DNA from: Rhynchobatus australiae
Taxonomy: Eukaryota
NCBI GenBank assembly: GCA_034780895.1
Contig: JAUZTB010000074.1
Coordinates: 5,312,764 to 5,376,763 of the forward strand
Direction: 5' to 3'
Length of the DNA stretch: 64,000 nucleotides
Shown here: piece after piece, positions 37,626 through 50,200 of the stretch
Position numbering within the stretch: position 1 is the first letter of the stretch
Layout of the letters: each line of letters opens with the position of its first letter
Program-made: the position numbers and the translations under genes
Notes under the pieces: model-generated
The model's input: the letters and a program-made list of their open reading frames with translations, nothing else
Databases searched by the model: none
What the model was told of the DNA's origin: nothing

Positions 37626-38665
37626 TTATGACTTTGGTTTTATATTTATTGAAAATTGAAGGGATATTTGTCCCAATCGTACTCTCAGAGCAGTCTGTTC
37701 TCTTGCATGGTGGCAAGTAGCATTTCCAACTTACAATGGTAAAGCATGAAAGTGACCTACAATTCCTACATGGATGCTAACGTACTGTTTAAGCTTAATA
37801 TCAGATTGCAAGATATGCACAGAAGTCACAGTGTGGAAAAGGATCACCGAGTTCAAGTAGTCACAGTCGTCATTTATCTTTTTCTATGCAAATACTCTTA
37901 ATCATTCAACATCGATGGTTTATTTCCCTCCATAGGTGCCACCTGACCTGTTGAGTTCCTCTGGCATTTTGTGTGTGTTAATTATCGTTAGTACTGCTTA
38001 TCAACTTTTTTTTAAACTTCATCAACCTAGCCAATCTAATCTTGAATGTACATCCACTTTCTGCCTCAACTGCTAATTCTAGAAACAAAATCTTACTTTT
38101 AGCAGTCCTTAAATTAACAGCAGTTACTATGAGAACGTTTCAAATTAATTTCGAGAATATGATTCTAACATTATCATCTTAGTATTGTTGTTAGCTATCT
38201 GTGGGGCAGTGATGGGGCACAGTATTGTCTCAAAGGCTAATACACAAGTTCAGGCAGTTATTAGGCAAGTAGTTAGCCGCCATTGGAATTAATATTAATC
38301 TTGACCCTGTTAGGTCATTCACTTGTTTTAATTCAGAACCAATATTGTTGTCTCAGTGACAAGTGTAAATGAGTGCAGAGATAAATGAAACAGCACATCT
38401 GCTGCAAGGCACAAGTGAGAGGTGGACACTGGTGGTGAAAGGGATATTGTCCGTTGTCAACATTACAGCTTAATACAGTACTGCTCCTTCCCATCACCTG
38501 ATTCACAATCACAAAAATACTTTGATATTGATAAACGGTGTGAAGTTAAATTAGTGAATTTTAGCATTCCTTTTAACCTGCTAAGGGATAATCCTGGAAA
38601 AGAATACATTACTACCTTTACGAGTTGGACATAACTTCCACATTATGCACCATAATGCCACATTA

Positions 38666-39018
38666 GCGTGGCAGTGGTGCAGTTAGTAGAGCTACTGTCT
38701 CACAGCGCCAGAAACCTGGGTTCAATGCCTACCTCGGGTGCTACCTGAGTAGAGTTTGCACTTCTCTCTGTGACCGAATGAGTTTCCTCAAGGTGCTCCA
38801 GTTTCCTCCCACTTACTCTTAGGTTGGTAAGTTAATCAGCCATTGTTAGTTTTCACTAGTGTGTCGGTGAGTTGTGGAATTAGTGGAAGGGAGTTGATGA
38901 GAATCTGGGGAGAATAAAAATGGAATTAATGTCGGATTTGTGTAAATGGATGGTTGATGATCAGCATGGACTCGGTGGGCTGAAGGGCCTGTTTCTGTGT
39001 TGTATCTCTCTATGACAC
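38666..39018 (+). mobile_element. HE1-type tRNA-derived V-SINE, near full length
   Basis: tRNA-like head (gtggtgcagttagtagagc...ctgggttcaatgcc), V-domain gagtttgcacttctc...ccagtttcctcccac and CR1-type tail gggctgaagggcctgtttctgtgttgtatctctctatgac. Confidence 0.85.
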
Positions 39019-39117
39019 TATCTGCCTGCAGAGTCTATGCTACGTTATTGTCAGTTATACCAGTTACAATATGTAGTGGCTTCAGGCAATGAGTATTCAA
39101 AACCTATATACAAAATA

Positions 39118-39312
39118 AATGAAAAACACGATGATGCTGGAGGAACTCAGCAGGCCAGGCAGCATCCATGGAGAAAAGCAGGTAGTCAACGTTTCGGGTC
39201 AGGTCCTGACCACCTGCTTTTCTCCACGGATGCTGCCTGGCCTGCTGAGTTCCTCCAGCATTATTGTGTTTTTCATCTAGATTCCAGCATCTGCAGTCCT
39301 TTATTTCTCTAG
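39118..39312. mobile_element. Palindromic Penelope-derived element forming a long hairpin
   Basis: Near-perfect inverted arms of about 68 bp at 39120-39188 and 39207-39277. A close copy of the right arm lies at 41856-41947. Confidence 0.8.
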
Positions 39313-39593
39313 TTGTCAGACAGATGCTGATATACTGTATATATCCTGGAAAAAGTCTCTTCCCATTATGCAGTTAAACTCTGATAATTAAATTTAACCA
39401 GGACCCCATTTCCTGTACCTACTGCGTTCACTGGAAAGTTTATTATAATAGCATGTAACATCTAAAGAAGTGAATTAAAAGAGTTCTGGGGTATTAATAA
39501 ATAACAACATCCAATTATCCCAAAACTCTGCCAAAGCCTTGACTGAAAGAGAGTGCAGAGCTGTGGTCATGGTGAGTCAGAGGGGAGCTTGGG

Positions 39594-39673
39594 AACTGGG
39601 GTCAGGGTGGGTCAGGGGGAAACTGGGGTCAGGGTGGGTCAGGGGGAAACTGGGCCCAGGGTGGGTCAGGGGA
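39594..39673 (+). repeat. 27-bp G-rich minisatellite, 3 copies
   Basis: Unit aactggggtcagggtgggtcaggggga starts at 39594, 39621 and 39648. Confidence 0.95.
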
Positions 39674-39762
39674 GAGATGGCATCAAAGAATGCGGAAGAT
39701 TTTCATCTGAACCAAAGGACAAATGCGACAGCAGTTCCCTGCTGTGGAGTAGTAGTTCTAAA

Positions 39763-40585
39763 GCAGACCAGAGGGCGTCTTTCACCGAGTTGATGACATT
39801 CCAGCAGCAGTTGATGTCCGTCTCTGTGTGTGTGTCCCCGGGAACAGCCCGTAGATCAGAGAATCCTCTGTTACGCAGCTGCTGGGGATGAACCGCGTCA
39901 AGGACCCCTGCATCTTTTGCCACATCCTCCTCGCAAGCCCACAGCCTGCAAAGAGGTGAGCGACCATCTTGTCCCCAGCACAGCCCTCCCGGGGGCAGCA
40001 TGCGCTAGAAGTGAGGTTGTGACCATGCAGGAAGGATCTGACTGGAAGGGCCCCTCTTACCGCCAGCCAAGCGAGGTCTTAGTGCTTGTTGGTGAGTTCT
40101 GGCGATGAGGCGTTCTGCCAGATGGTCTGGACAGTCTGCTCAGGGAACCACCCCACAGTACCCATTGAGACCTTCTCCTGCAGTGTCTGCAGGATGTTCC
40201 CCTTTGGTCTGCCTGAAACTTGTTGATCTCCCAGCACTGCGAGATGTCCGTAGGGGAATGCTGCCGACTGGCACATTCCAGGCTACAGGAGTACGTGCTG
40301 AGGGACGCACTGAAGCTGGGCGCAGCCAACGCAAGGGCTCGGTGGGGAAGGACGACAGTCTAGGGTTCTTCTGCCACAGGAGAGGGAGGGGTGGGGTCAG
40401 GCAAGAAAGCCCCTAAATATTATAAATACAGGACTGGGTAGCCCCCAGTGTGGCATCAGTGCTGTTTTTTTATATAAAAAGGTAACACCAATGAATGATC
40501 TGTACAAGAATGTAAAGGCTTGCACTGTTTTATAATTGTATATCATTTTTATTATGAATAAAGTTTACTTTGGAATATAAAAAAA
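39763..40585. mobile_element. Tx1/L1-clade LINE 3' fragment with 5' inversion, poly(A) and 17-bp TSD
   Basis: Minus strand 40200-39763 reads NILQTLQEK...WQNASSPELTNKH*DLAWLAVRGALPVRSFLH...CCPREGC...HLFAGC (zf-RVT-like)...INSVKDALWSA. Plus strand 40201-40363 continues LWSA*NLLISQ...LRDALKLGAANARARWGRTTV*. AATAAA at 40557, A-tail at 40579-40585. TSD agtagttct(a/g)aagcaga at 39751-39767 and 40585-40601. Confidence 0.88.
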
Positions 40586-42469
40586 GTAGTTCTGAAGCAG
40601 AATCTGAAGCCCATGGGTGACCAGCTGTTACTGATGTAGCAGAAGCCATCTACTGCATGAAAGTCCATTCAAGATGCTGAAACTGCTAGAAAGGAAGGGC
40701 TCACATCCTCAGCCGACTAGTCTGAGCCGAAAGAGTGAATCAAAGCAATTCTCGTCGCGTGATTTCTTCAGAGGGAAAGTTTTCAAACCAAAAAGCCACA
40801 GAGAGGAAGTCCACAGAGTATTGAAGCCAGTGTGAACAATGGAGAAACAGGCTTGTATCACTCTCATACCAACAGTAGCAATGACGGAAAGCAGAATAAT
40901 TTCTAGACAAAGGTATAGTAAAACAGCCAGTGCATCAGCAGATCGCTCAGTTATGGGCAAGGATGCATATCTGTTCAGCCAAGCTACAAATGGCCCCCTC
41001 TGTCATAAGAGAACACAAAAATGGCCACAAGTACCAAAGAGGAAAATCTTTGAAAGCTGGAGCAAGCATTCAGATGGCTACTCATTCACAATGGAAAGCT
41101 CAAAGTGAATGGTTGTTTGTTGGGCCAAAACTAGATGCAAATGGATTGCAACCAGTCAAAGGAGAGGAATGTTCTGGGATGACATGACTTAGTCATGTTC
41201 ATTTCTGAGTGCTTTATGGAGTGCATTATTGATTATAAGCACATTTCACTAGTGTTAAATGGTGGAGCGAGGAGTCGGTGACAAGTGTCAAGGAAGCAGT
41301 GAAGAAATGGGTAACACAAGGGAGCTCCTGTTTAATAATGAGACATCAATTGGCACACCTTTTGCTGAACTACAGGACAGCGCAAGTTAATGCTGCTGTG
41401 GAGTTGCTCATGTGCAGGGACGCGGAACAACAGCAAGTTCAGTTCAGCTAAATCAAGGGGCAGTTGAGACAGAAACAAAATCTTGATCCATGGGATGAGT
41501 TGAATCAACTTGATGCAGTTCCTTATGTAAATACCACATCACAAATCTGATATTCGGAAATGGGGAGAAACAATATTTTTCACTGTATTTCAGTGACAAT
41601 AATAAACCAGCTACCAATCTAGCTTGTTTTCACTCTTTCCTAGTGCCAATGAAAGGTTTTCGAATTGAAACGTTAACTCTGTTTCTCTTTCCACAGATGC
41701 TGTCTGACCTGCTGAGTGTTTTCAGCATTTTCTGCTTTTATTTGGAAATGTGGTANNNNNNNNNNNNNNNNNNNNNNNNNNNNNNNNNNNNNNNNNNNNN
41801 NNNNNNNNNNNNNNNNNNNNNNNNNNNNNNNNNNNNNNNNNNNNNNNNNNNNNNNTTTCTCCACGGATGCTGCCTGGCCTGCTGAGTTCCTCCAGCATTA
41901 TTGTGTTTTTCATCTAGATTCCAGCATCTGCAAGTCCTCTGTTTCTCTTCCACTATGTACAAAATTCTTCATTATGCTGAAGAAATCTAAAAGGAGATCT
42001 GTGCGGGGTTCCAATGGAGTTGTAAAGATTTGCTTTCCCTCCCCTTACTGCCAAGAATTTGAGTTTGAGACTTTAATTATAATTTAGTTGTTTGGGTGCA
42101 AAACATAATTACTTTTGCAAACAAGCACGTAAAAATATTTACTTGTTCTCTCTGAACAGAATGATTCTTAGTTCTACAGTGCCAGACTATTAACTTCTCA
42201 ACTAAATATTCAAAATATAAAGCATTTATTATTTAAAATCGTAAGACTGGGAGAGTTTGAAATAGTTTAATCGCTAAAATCGAAAGCTTTTGTAAAACCT
42301 GAATAATTTTCACCAGAAAATGTCAATTTTCCCCAATTTGATTTGAGTTTGAATGCAAGTTAATCGTTTTAGAAAACAATCGACAATCATTTAAATTTTA
42401 TCAAAGGGAAATACTAATTCAACAGAGGAGCACATCTGCTCCAGTGGTTCCAAATGCTCATTGATTTTG

Positions 42470-42880
42470 TCCAACTGTTGGAGCCGCAACAGGACGGGAG
42501 GCGGTAGGAACCGACCGACTGTGGAACCAACGTGTGGAGGAGCTGCAGCTGCAGGGAGTGCGAGTGCGGGAGGGACGAGGATGCCATGGTAACGGCGGGT
42601 CGGGCAGGCCTCCGCTCCGGGGAGGGCGTCTCCGGTGCCGGAGGAGACAGATGAGGGGCGGCCGGCCGGCCGGGGATGCCGGGCTGGCGTGAGGAGGGTC
42701 GGTCCATCATACGCAGCCAGTCACCGTGAGCTGGGAGGTGGAGGGAGCCGAGTCCAGAGGTAAATGGGGGGGGGGGCTCGGACCACCGGGTCTGGGCCCA
42801 CTGTGGCCCTCAGCCTAAAACATCATTTGTGGTTATAACTCGTTAAAGTGTTCCCTCAGCTGTCGCCCTGAGCCGGGCTA
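42470..42880 (+). promoter_or_regulatory. CpG island; probable promoter and non-coding first exon of C15orf61
   Basis: The only strongly CpG-dense stretch in the window. X-box-like GATGCCATGGTAAC at 42580-42593. Candidate splice donors at 42589, 42726 and 42760 (CAGAG/GTAAAT). The C15orf61 ATG sits 2 nt after a strong acceptor, implying an upstream exon. Confidence 0.75.
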
Positions 42881-44074
42881 TCCCCCTCTTGTCCAAACAT
42901 CCAACGTCATGAGATTAGAGAAGTTTGAAATACGCCAATAGAAAGTGTTTGTCAGGGCTTATTTATAATAAACTCTAATAATCATAAAGCTAGCACGGGC
43001 GTGATGGGCCGAGTGGTCTTCTGTGCAGCATCTTTTTATGGTGGCACCTTTCACTAGATCAAAAAACCAGGGCTGGTATTTGGCCACTGGTTCTTGGCAG
43101 ACACGGTGCCCAATGTGTGTAGAACTGGCCAGTGAACGTTTCTCACTGTGCAGTTTGAAAGGTTAATTTTTACTGAACACTGGAGAAAACATCTGTCCTC
43201 CCACCTCATCACAGGCCCAGGGAACCAAAGTCCATTACGATGCTCACTTTNNNNNNNNNNNNNNNNNNNNNNNNNNNNNNNNNNNNNNNNNNNNNNNNNN
43301 NNNNNNNNNNNNNNNNNNNNNNNNNNNNNNNNNNNNNNNNNNNNNNNNNNTCAGTGACTGCAAAAGGTCAAAAGCAATTTCCTTCCCTCCATCACTGCCA
43401 AATATGTGCCTGACATAGGCATTGACATAAATTTTTGACTTCTGACAGAATAATAGAAAGGAAAATGCAAGAGATTAAATCCAAGTAAGAGGAATGTGAT
43501 AGATGCAGTTGTTTAGAATTTATTAGAATAAAACACTCGTAGAAAGGTTAAGACACAGAAGGAAGTCTGAGGTGTCTGTGCTGATCAATAAAGAGCTTCT
43601 CAGCCAAACTACACTTCCCAGTTCCTAGTCTGTAGCCCTGCAGTTTCAAATGCCCATCCAGATATTTTTGAAATCACAGATTGGATACAGCGGGGAAGGG
43701 CACATTCGACCCATCAAGTCTGTACCGGCTCTCTATGACAAAAGTCTTGCTGATCCTGCATCCTAGTCCTCCCCTCCATAACCCCTTTTGTATACTGCAA
43801 TTAAATTTGTCTTCACCACTCCAGGCAGTGCATTCTAGATCCTAACCACTTGCTGAGTACCTTCTGATCTACCTTGGTCTTCTCACACATACCCTTCTCT
43901 CCCCCATCCCCAGCCCAGTATCACCAATTTCTTTCTTCTCCCCCCACTCTGCCCATCACCCATGCACTCCTCCCACTGGGTCTCCTCCTCCTACTGTTCC
44001 AATTGTCCCCTCCTGAATTACTGCTTCCAATTACTGCTCCTGCATTTGGTAAATCCACAGAGAAATGAATCGAA

Positions 44075-44290
44075 CACAGAGATAAAAACAATCTGCTGGA
44101 GGAAGTCAGCAGGTTGAGCAGCATCTGTGGGAGGAAAGGAATTGTTGACGTTTTGGGTCTTGATGCAGGGTTTCAACCCAAAATGTCAGCACTTCCTCTC
44201 CCCTCACAGATGCTGCTCGACCCACTATGTTCCCTCCAGCAGATTGTTTTTTGCTCCAGCTTCCAGCATCTGCAGTCTCCTGTTTCTGAA
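44075..44290. mobile_element. Palindromic Penelope-derived element
   Basis: Inverted arms around tgatgcagggtttcaacccaaaatgtc. Same subfamily as 29225-29356. Confidence 0.75.
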
Positions 44291-45327
44291 TTGAACATGA
44301 TGGGATATTTATTACTGTAATTTTTTTAAAAACTTCACCTCTTTTAGAAATGATCCCTAGAAAATATTATAGCTGTTGTAAATCTGAAATAAAAACAATT
44401 ACTGGAACCATTAAGGAGAGGTACATCTGTCGATAAGGAAGCCAGAACTACATAATCTACACCGGGAATACATCCAGGTCCGAGATGCACTTATCCTGCC
44501 TTCAAACTCCTATTATGCAGCTCACAAAGCCAAAACCCTTTCCTTTGTTCTCACCTGGATCCAGAATCCGCAGCTCAAGGGATGGAAGCCATTGATTACA
44601 TGGCTCTCTGTCAGGCAGATTCATACCATGTGCAAAACTATCACTTACTTTGAATATGCAGTTCCATGTGTATTGGAGAAACATTCAAATGGTCAATAGT
44701 TAATGTTTATCTGTCCTGGATTTGTTCAGTAGCANNNNNNNNNNNNNNNNNNNNNNNNNNNNNNNNNNNNNNNNNNNNNNNNNNNNNNNNNNNNNNNNNN
44801 NNNNNNNNNNNNNNNNNNNNNNNNNNNNNNNNNNAGTAGCACTTTATATAACATTTTAATGTTAAGTTCACCAAAAATAAAAAAAACTATATCAGCATAT
44901 ATTGAATTCTTCCAAATGTATGTTGTAGATCAAGTTCTGATAGTTACAAGACCATCATCAACTTGAAAATCTACCTAAAACTATTGCACAAATGCACAGA
45001 GGGTGTGATTATCTATGTATTCAGATCATTACACTAAGTAAGCTCAGTGACAGCACTATGTAACACTGCTCCTGATGCTCACACATGGAATACCATTCTT
45101 CGGTAAATCATTGAAGTTGCAGAAATGCAATTTCAGTTTATTGAAGGCTTCTTCTGAATCTCCATTGTCAGCAGCTGGAATCAACTGTTCACAGTAAACA
45201 TTGCTCTTCTCCATCTATATCCTCCAGTTTTACACTTTGAGTGCTGATTAATTTCTGATATTTTCTAGTGCAGAATCTTCTCTGAAGGTACAATCCATAT
45301 TTTCAAATAACAATGCTCTCTTGATAG

Positions 45328-45717
<390 letters not shown>

Positions 45718-47016
45718 TGAAAACTCTTGTGGCACTTTCAGACAGATTGTTTGTAAAGACAGTAACATAGATTGCATTGGTAAAGAATTCTTCAGATGTA
45801 GAAATGTGCCTNNNNNNNNNNNNNNNNNNNNNNNNNNNNNNNNNNNNNNNNNNNNNNNNNNAAAATTAAGAGGTTTGCGCTTGGGAAGTTTTGAGAATGG
45901 GTACAAGGTGATAAAAGGAATGACAAAGCAGAGCTTTTTTATTTTAAGAACATTCAGCAAGTGGAGAACAGAGAGGCCTAGAAATCTAATTGCAATTCCC
46001 CCCAGTGATATACAGATCAGCTGAAAAAAACCACAACTGCATCAAATCCTCCTGTAATGCTCTTTAAAAACCTAGTCAGGAGTTAATTCTCATTGTTCCA
46101 AAGTGTCCTCAGCCTAACTTGGTTTTAACAGGACTGTTTGCTTTGCTATTGTGAAACTTGAGGGAAACCTCCCCGAGCAGGCCCAAGCCCAGTGCTGCAA
46201 ACCTAATTCAAGTAGCTACTTGAACCTAATTCAGTACCTACTGCTCCCCTTCAAGCCCCTCACTTCCCCACCCTTGGCCAACCATTCACCACCTCGTTCT
46301 CTACACCCCGCACTCCAATCACCTGAATCAACCCGTTTTGATTTCTTGACACCCAGGCCTGAATTATCCAAACCCCAGTCAAATGCCACCCACTGATGTC
46401 CCCTAACTGCCCACAGCAGATCCCTTCCTTATTGTTTGCTGAGATCAATCCCACCCCCCCCACCCCATTCAGAATTCATGATTTTTCCAACCCCTGCCTT
46501 TCATTTCACCACTCTGACCCATTTTCCTTAGTTACTCTGTAGTGGTGTGGAGAGCCTTACCCTTGCACAAGGCCAATTTATTAACATCCAATGTCTCAGC
46601 CCTGTGGAGGTGCTACTTAATTTTCAAATGGCAGATTCATGATCAAAATGGTGTCTAGTCTGATGGCTTTAAGAGTAATCACGAGTGATGGGAGTTAGGA
46701 TGTGGTGAACAGGAGCATGCTGTCAGAGGAGGGAAAGATGTCTGCAGAGATGGAGTTGAACAAGTTTGGATGGGGCAAGACCATAGAGCCATCTGAAGTT
46801 AAAGGTTGGGAAGAGAATTAGATCTTGCAAGTTACACAAAGGAACTGGAATTACAATTATGGAAGTGCTCTGAAGTAAGGAGATGGCATTGGCATTCTGA
46901 ATGAGTTGTACTCTAATTGGAGGAAGGAGGTTGTCAAAGAACGTTTGTAAGCCTCAAATCGGATGGCCAATAATTCAACAGTTTCTGAAAAGAGGAAAGT
47001 AATAGAATTTAACTGA

Positions 47017-47229
<213 letters not shown>

Positions 47230-47284
47230 ATATCATCCTGTGTGCAACTGGTCTTGAATTCATTAACTGAGTGCAATAACTGAA

Positions 47285-47420
47285 AATAAAGTATTTATCT
47301 GAAATAAAATGTAGTCTCCAGATTTTTTTTTAAATACTTAAAAGAAAGGCAAGAATGCCCTTCGTTAAACTTTTATTTTTGTGAGATTGGTGTACAGCCT
47401 GGCCTTTCAAAATAAATAAA
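47285..47420 (+). terminator. Cluster of polyadenylation signals for C15orf61
   Basis: AATAAA at 47285, 47303, 47411 and 47415, the last followed by GT-rich sequence. Confidence 0.65.
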
Positions 47421-47799
47421 TTCTATGTCACTGGGTGTTTGGAAGGGTGGATCTTTTTTTAGTTGAGGGTTTCTGGTAATCTGAAACTGAACTCCACCAC
47501 ACCTGTAAACTGTATGGCAAACACTTTGCTTAAACGCAAAAGTAAATTCAATTCATCACAAGCCTTCATGCTAGCTGTCTTGTGGCCTCAGTGAGATTAC
47601 TATCACATATGTACAGGCAATTTTATGTTGCCATTTTGAAAATAAATCATTTATGTATAATGGAGACGAGACTGCAGGTGCTGGAATCTGGAGCAAAAAA
47701 AACCCACACTGCTTGAGGAACTCAATGGCAGAGGGAAATGGACAATTGACGTTTTGGTTTGGGACACTTCATCTGAATGAGGAAACATCAGCCTTGCAG

Positions 47800-50200
47800 T
47801 GGATATTACTGTCCCCTTCTCACCGACAGGTCATTAAGTGACCAGAGCAAATCTTGTAAATCTCATCCTGTCCAAATTACCCTATCCATGGATAATTGTG
47901 CACTCCAGCAGTGGGTCAGCTTGTCTCTGTGTCTCCCTCCAGATCATTCACGAGTTCATGGTGGATGAATGAAGTTCTACCTTAATATACATCATCCACT
48001 TAAATAGGGTCTCCTTGGATAGCTACTAAGGTGCTTCATTTCATCAGATCCCTACTCCTCTGGTGCTTTTTTCCAACTTATTTTCACCATTCTTGTCATT
48101 GATCTAAAATCCCCATTCTCTACTGCCCACCCAAGCACAATTAATTCTCACTGAGGTAGGTTAATTGCTTTCTTCTATAAGACTCTGCACCAAGCAATGC
48201 ATCTCATTCTCAATGATTTCAACTTTCATGTCAGTTTGTCTTGTTTGCTGTTCTGCGAGTTTATTGCCCTTGATCCTTACTTAACCTTTCTCCACACAAA
48301 CACAACAATACTATTCATTGTCATTCTCATAACTTTGCCACCTCATATGACCCATCCATCCCAGCAGGCTGCTCACAGCTGGGGTCTGATGGTTCTTTGT
48401 ATTGTGACCCACTCACATCACCTGTCCCCCAGAAAACTCAATTCCATGTGTCCACTCTGGAAAGCTTCTTCCAAGTCATTTGTATTTGCTTCCCCACCCC
48501 ACCCCATCCCCGATCACAGCTTAGGATCTTCCAATCGTAATAACATCCTTGCAGCCATCTATCTGCTCTGTCATCCTTGCCAGTACTTCAAAGACAAAGT
48601 TCCCATTAAACCATGAATATGTCACATTCTGGCCACTTTCTAGCACAGGCTTCATAACTAGATTACTATTGGGCTTTGCTCTCATCTGCTAAAGTCATTC
48701 ATTTTTCCTAGAGTCCAAAGGTAACCTAGAGAGTCCTTCCTGTACTGCAAATCATCTCTTTAAAACCTTTCTCCTATCTCCTCTACTCACTTTCCCGACT
48801 AGTGTAAGGAGCTCTTGGCATCATGAAGCCCATCAAATCAGTTGCTGATTTCCTCTTTTCCCAACTTATGGGGCCAAGGTTCCATTTCTACTGCCCCACC
48901 CCCTGACCTGAACTCCATTTTCTCTCCTGGATTTCCTCATATCCTCATTATCTTGTCCATGGGATTTATCACCTGTTCCCTTGGCCCTTACTCAAACTAA
49001 CCTACTGACCATTCATCTTTGCTTCCTGGCTGTCTTGTTGACAGATATTGCCAATAGCTCCTCCTCAGCAGCTGATACTTTCTCTTTCAAGTCTGCCATC
49101 AGCATTTTCCCTCAAAATAATCTTGATCTCGAACTCCTTGCAAACTACTATCTCCAATCTCTCTTTCCTTTCTAGAGCTCTTGACCATTATTAAGCATCC
49201 TAAACTTGTACCCATTTCTCTGCAAATCTCCCAGTCAAGCCCCTGCCACATGACTGGAATATCTCCAATAGTAGTATGAACGACATCTCAAACTATGAAA
49301 AAGATCATTTATATTTATCCTATGAATATGTCTACAGCCGTTGACACTGGACTGTACCATCATCCTTCAATACCTCTGCTGCTGACCAGTACTCACCCAA
49401 TTACGTCCTTATCCAGTCATAGTTAGAGAATAAACAGCAATCATTTCTCACATCCACACAATTAACCTTGAATGTAGATCCTTGGGGGACACCAATGTTC
49501 CACTCATTTTCCATATCAATACCTAGCTTAATATCATCATCAACTCTCTTGATCCTATCAATGGCTCTAAATTGTCTGGCTGCTTGTCTTGACAACCAAT
49601 AGTGAACAAGCAGCCATTGTCTTTGACTCGATCACAAAGTGCATTCATAAGCCATCTGCTCCAACCCTCCTTCGATCATCCAACTGGCCCTGAACCAGAT
49701 TGTTCACAACTTTATTATATTTACTTCCAAGATGGTGTCATCACCATCACTGCCCATTTTCACCTCTGTAACATCATTTGATTCCTGCTCAGCTGAACTT
49801 CTAATCCATGCCTACAATTTGGACCAATGCAATACATTCTAGGCTGATCTCTCTTCATGTATGAACCTGGACTCATCCAGAACTGTGCTCTCTGTGATCC
49901 AAGTTCGTTGTCACATTCCTCCATCATCCTGTACTTGATGACCTACACTGGATCCCAGTTAAACAATGCCTTTCAATTATCATCAGTTTAAGTTGCATTC
50001 AGCTACCAAAGCCCCAAGTTCTGGAATCCCTTCCCTACCTCCTTCCCTCCTTTTAGGATGCTTCTTTAAAACCTACACCTTTGATCAAGCTTCTTATGTA
50101 CCTAATCCCCCTTTGTGATTCATTGCCAAATTTTATTTGAGAGTGCTGTGAAACACCATGAGATAATTTGGTGTGCCAACAGTGATAGATATTTACAAGT
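47800..50200 (+). mobile_element. Ancient L2-clade LINE (endonuclease, RT, 3' end)
   Basis: LILNDFNFHV (GDFN motif), a decayed NYRPISNLxFLSKxLE near 49140-49185, LHWIPVKQ near 49943 and LKTYxFDQA near 50066. Confidence 0.75.

Noticed and set aside
38666-38740. tRNA-like sequence with A/B boxes
   Set aside because: It is the head of an HE1-type SINE, not a tRNA gene.
40602-41530. Purine-rich flank of the Tx1 insertion as a disrupted gene or LTR element
   Set aside because: Rejoining the flanks gives only short ORFs with no recognisable motif, so it cannot be classified.
42414-42710. 98-aa Pro/Arg-rich minus-strand ORF in the CpG island
   Set aside because: Expected by chance in GC-rich DNA; no recognisable homology.
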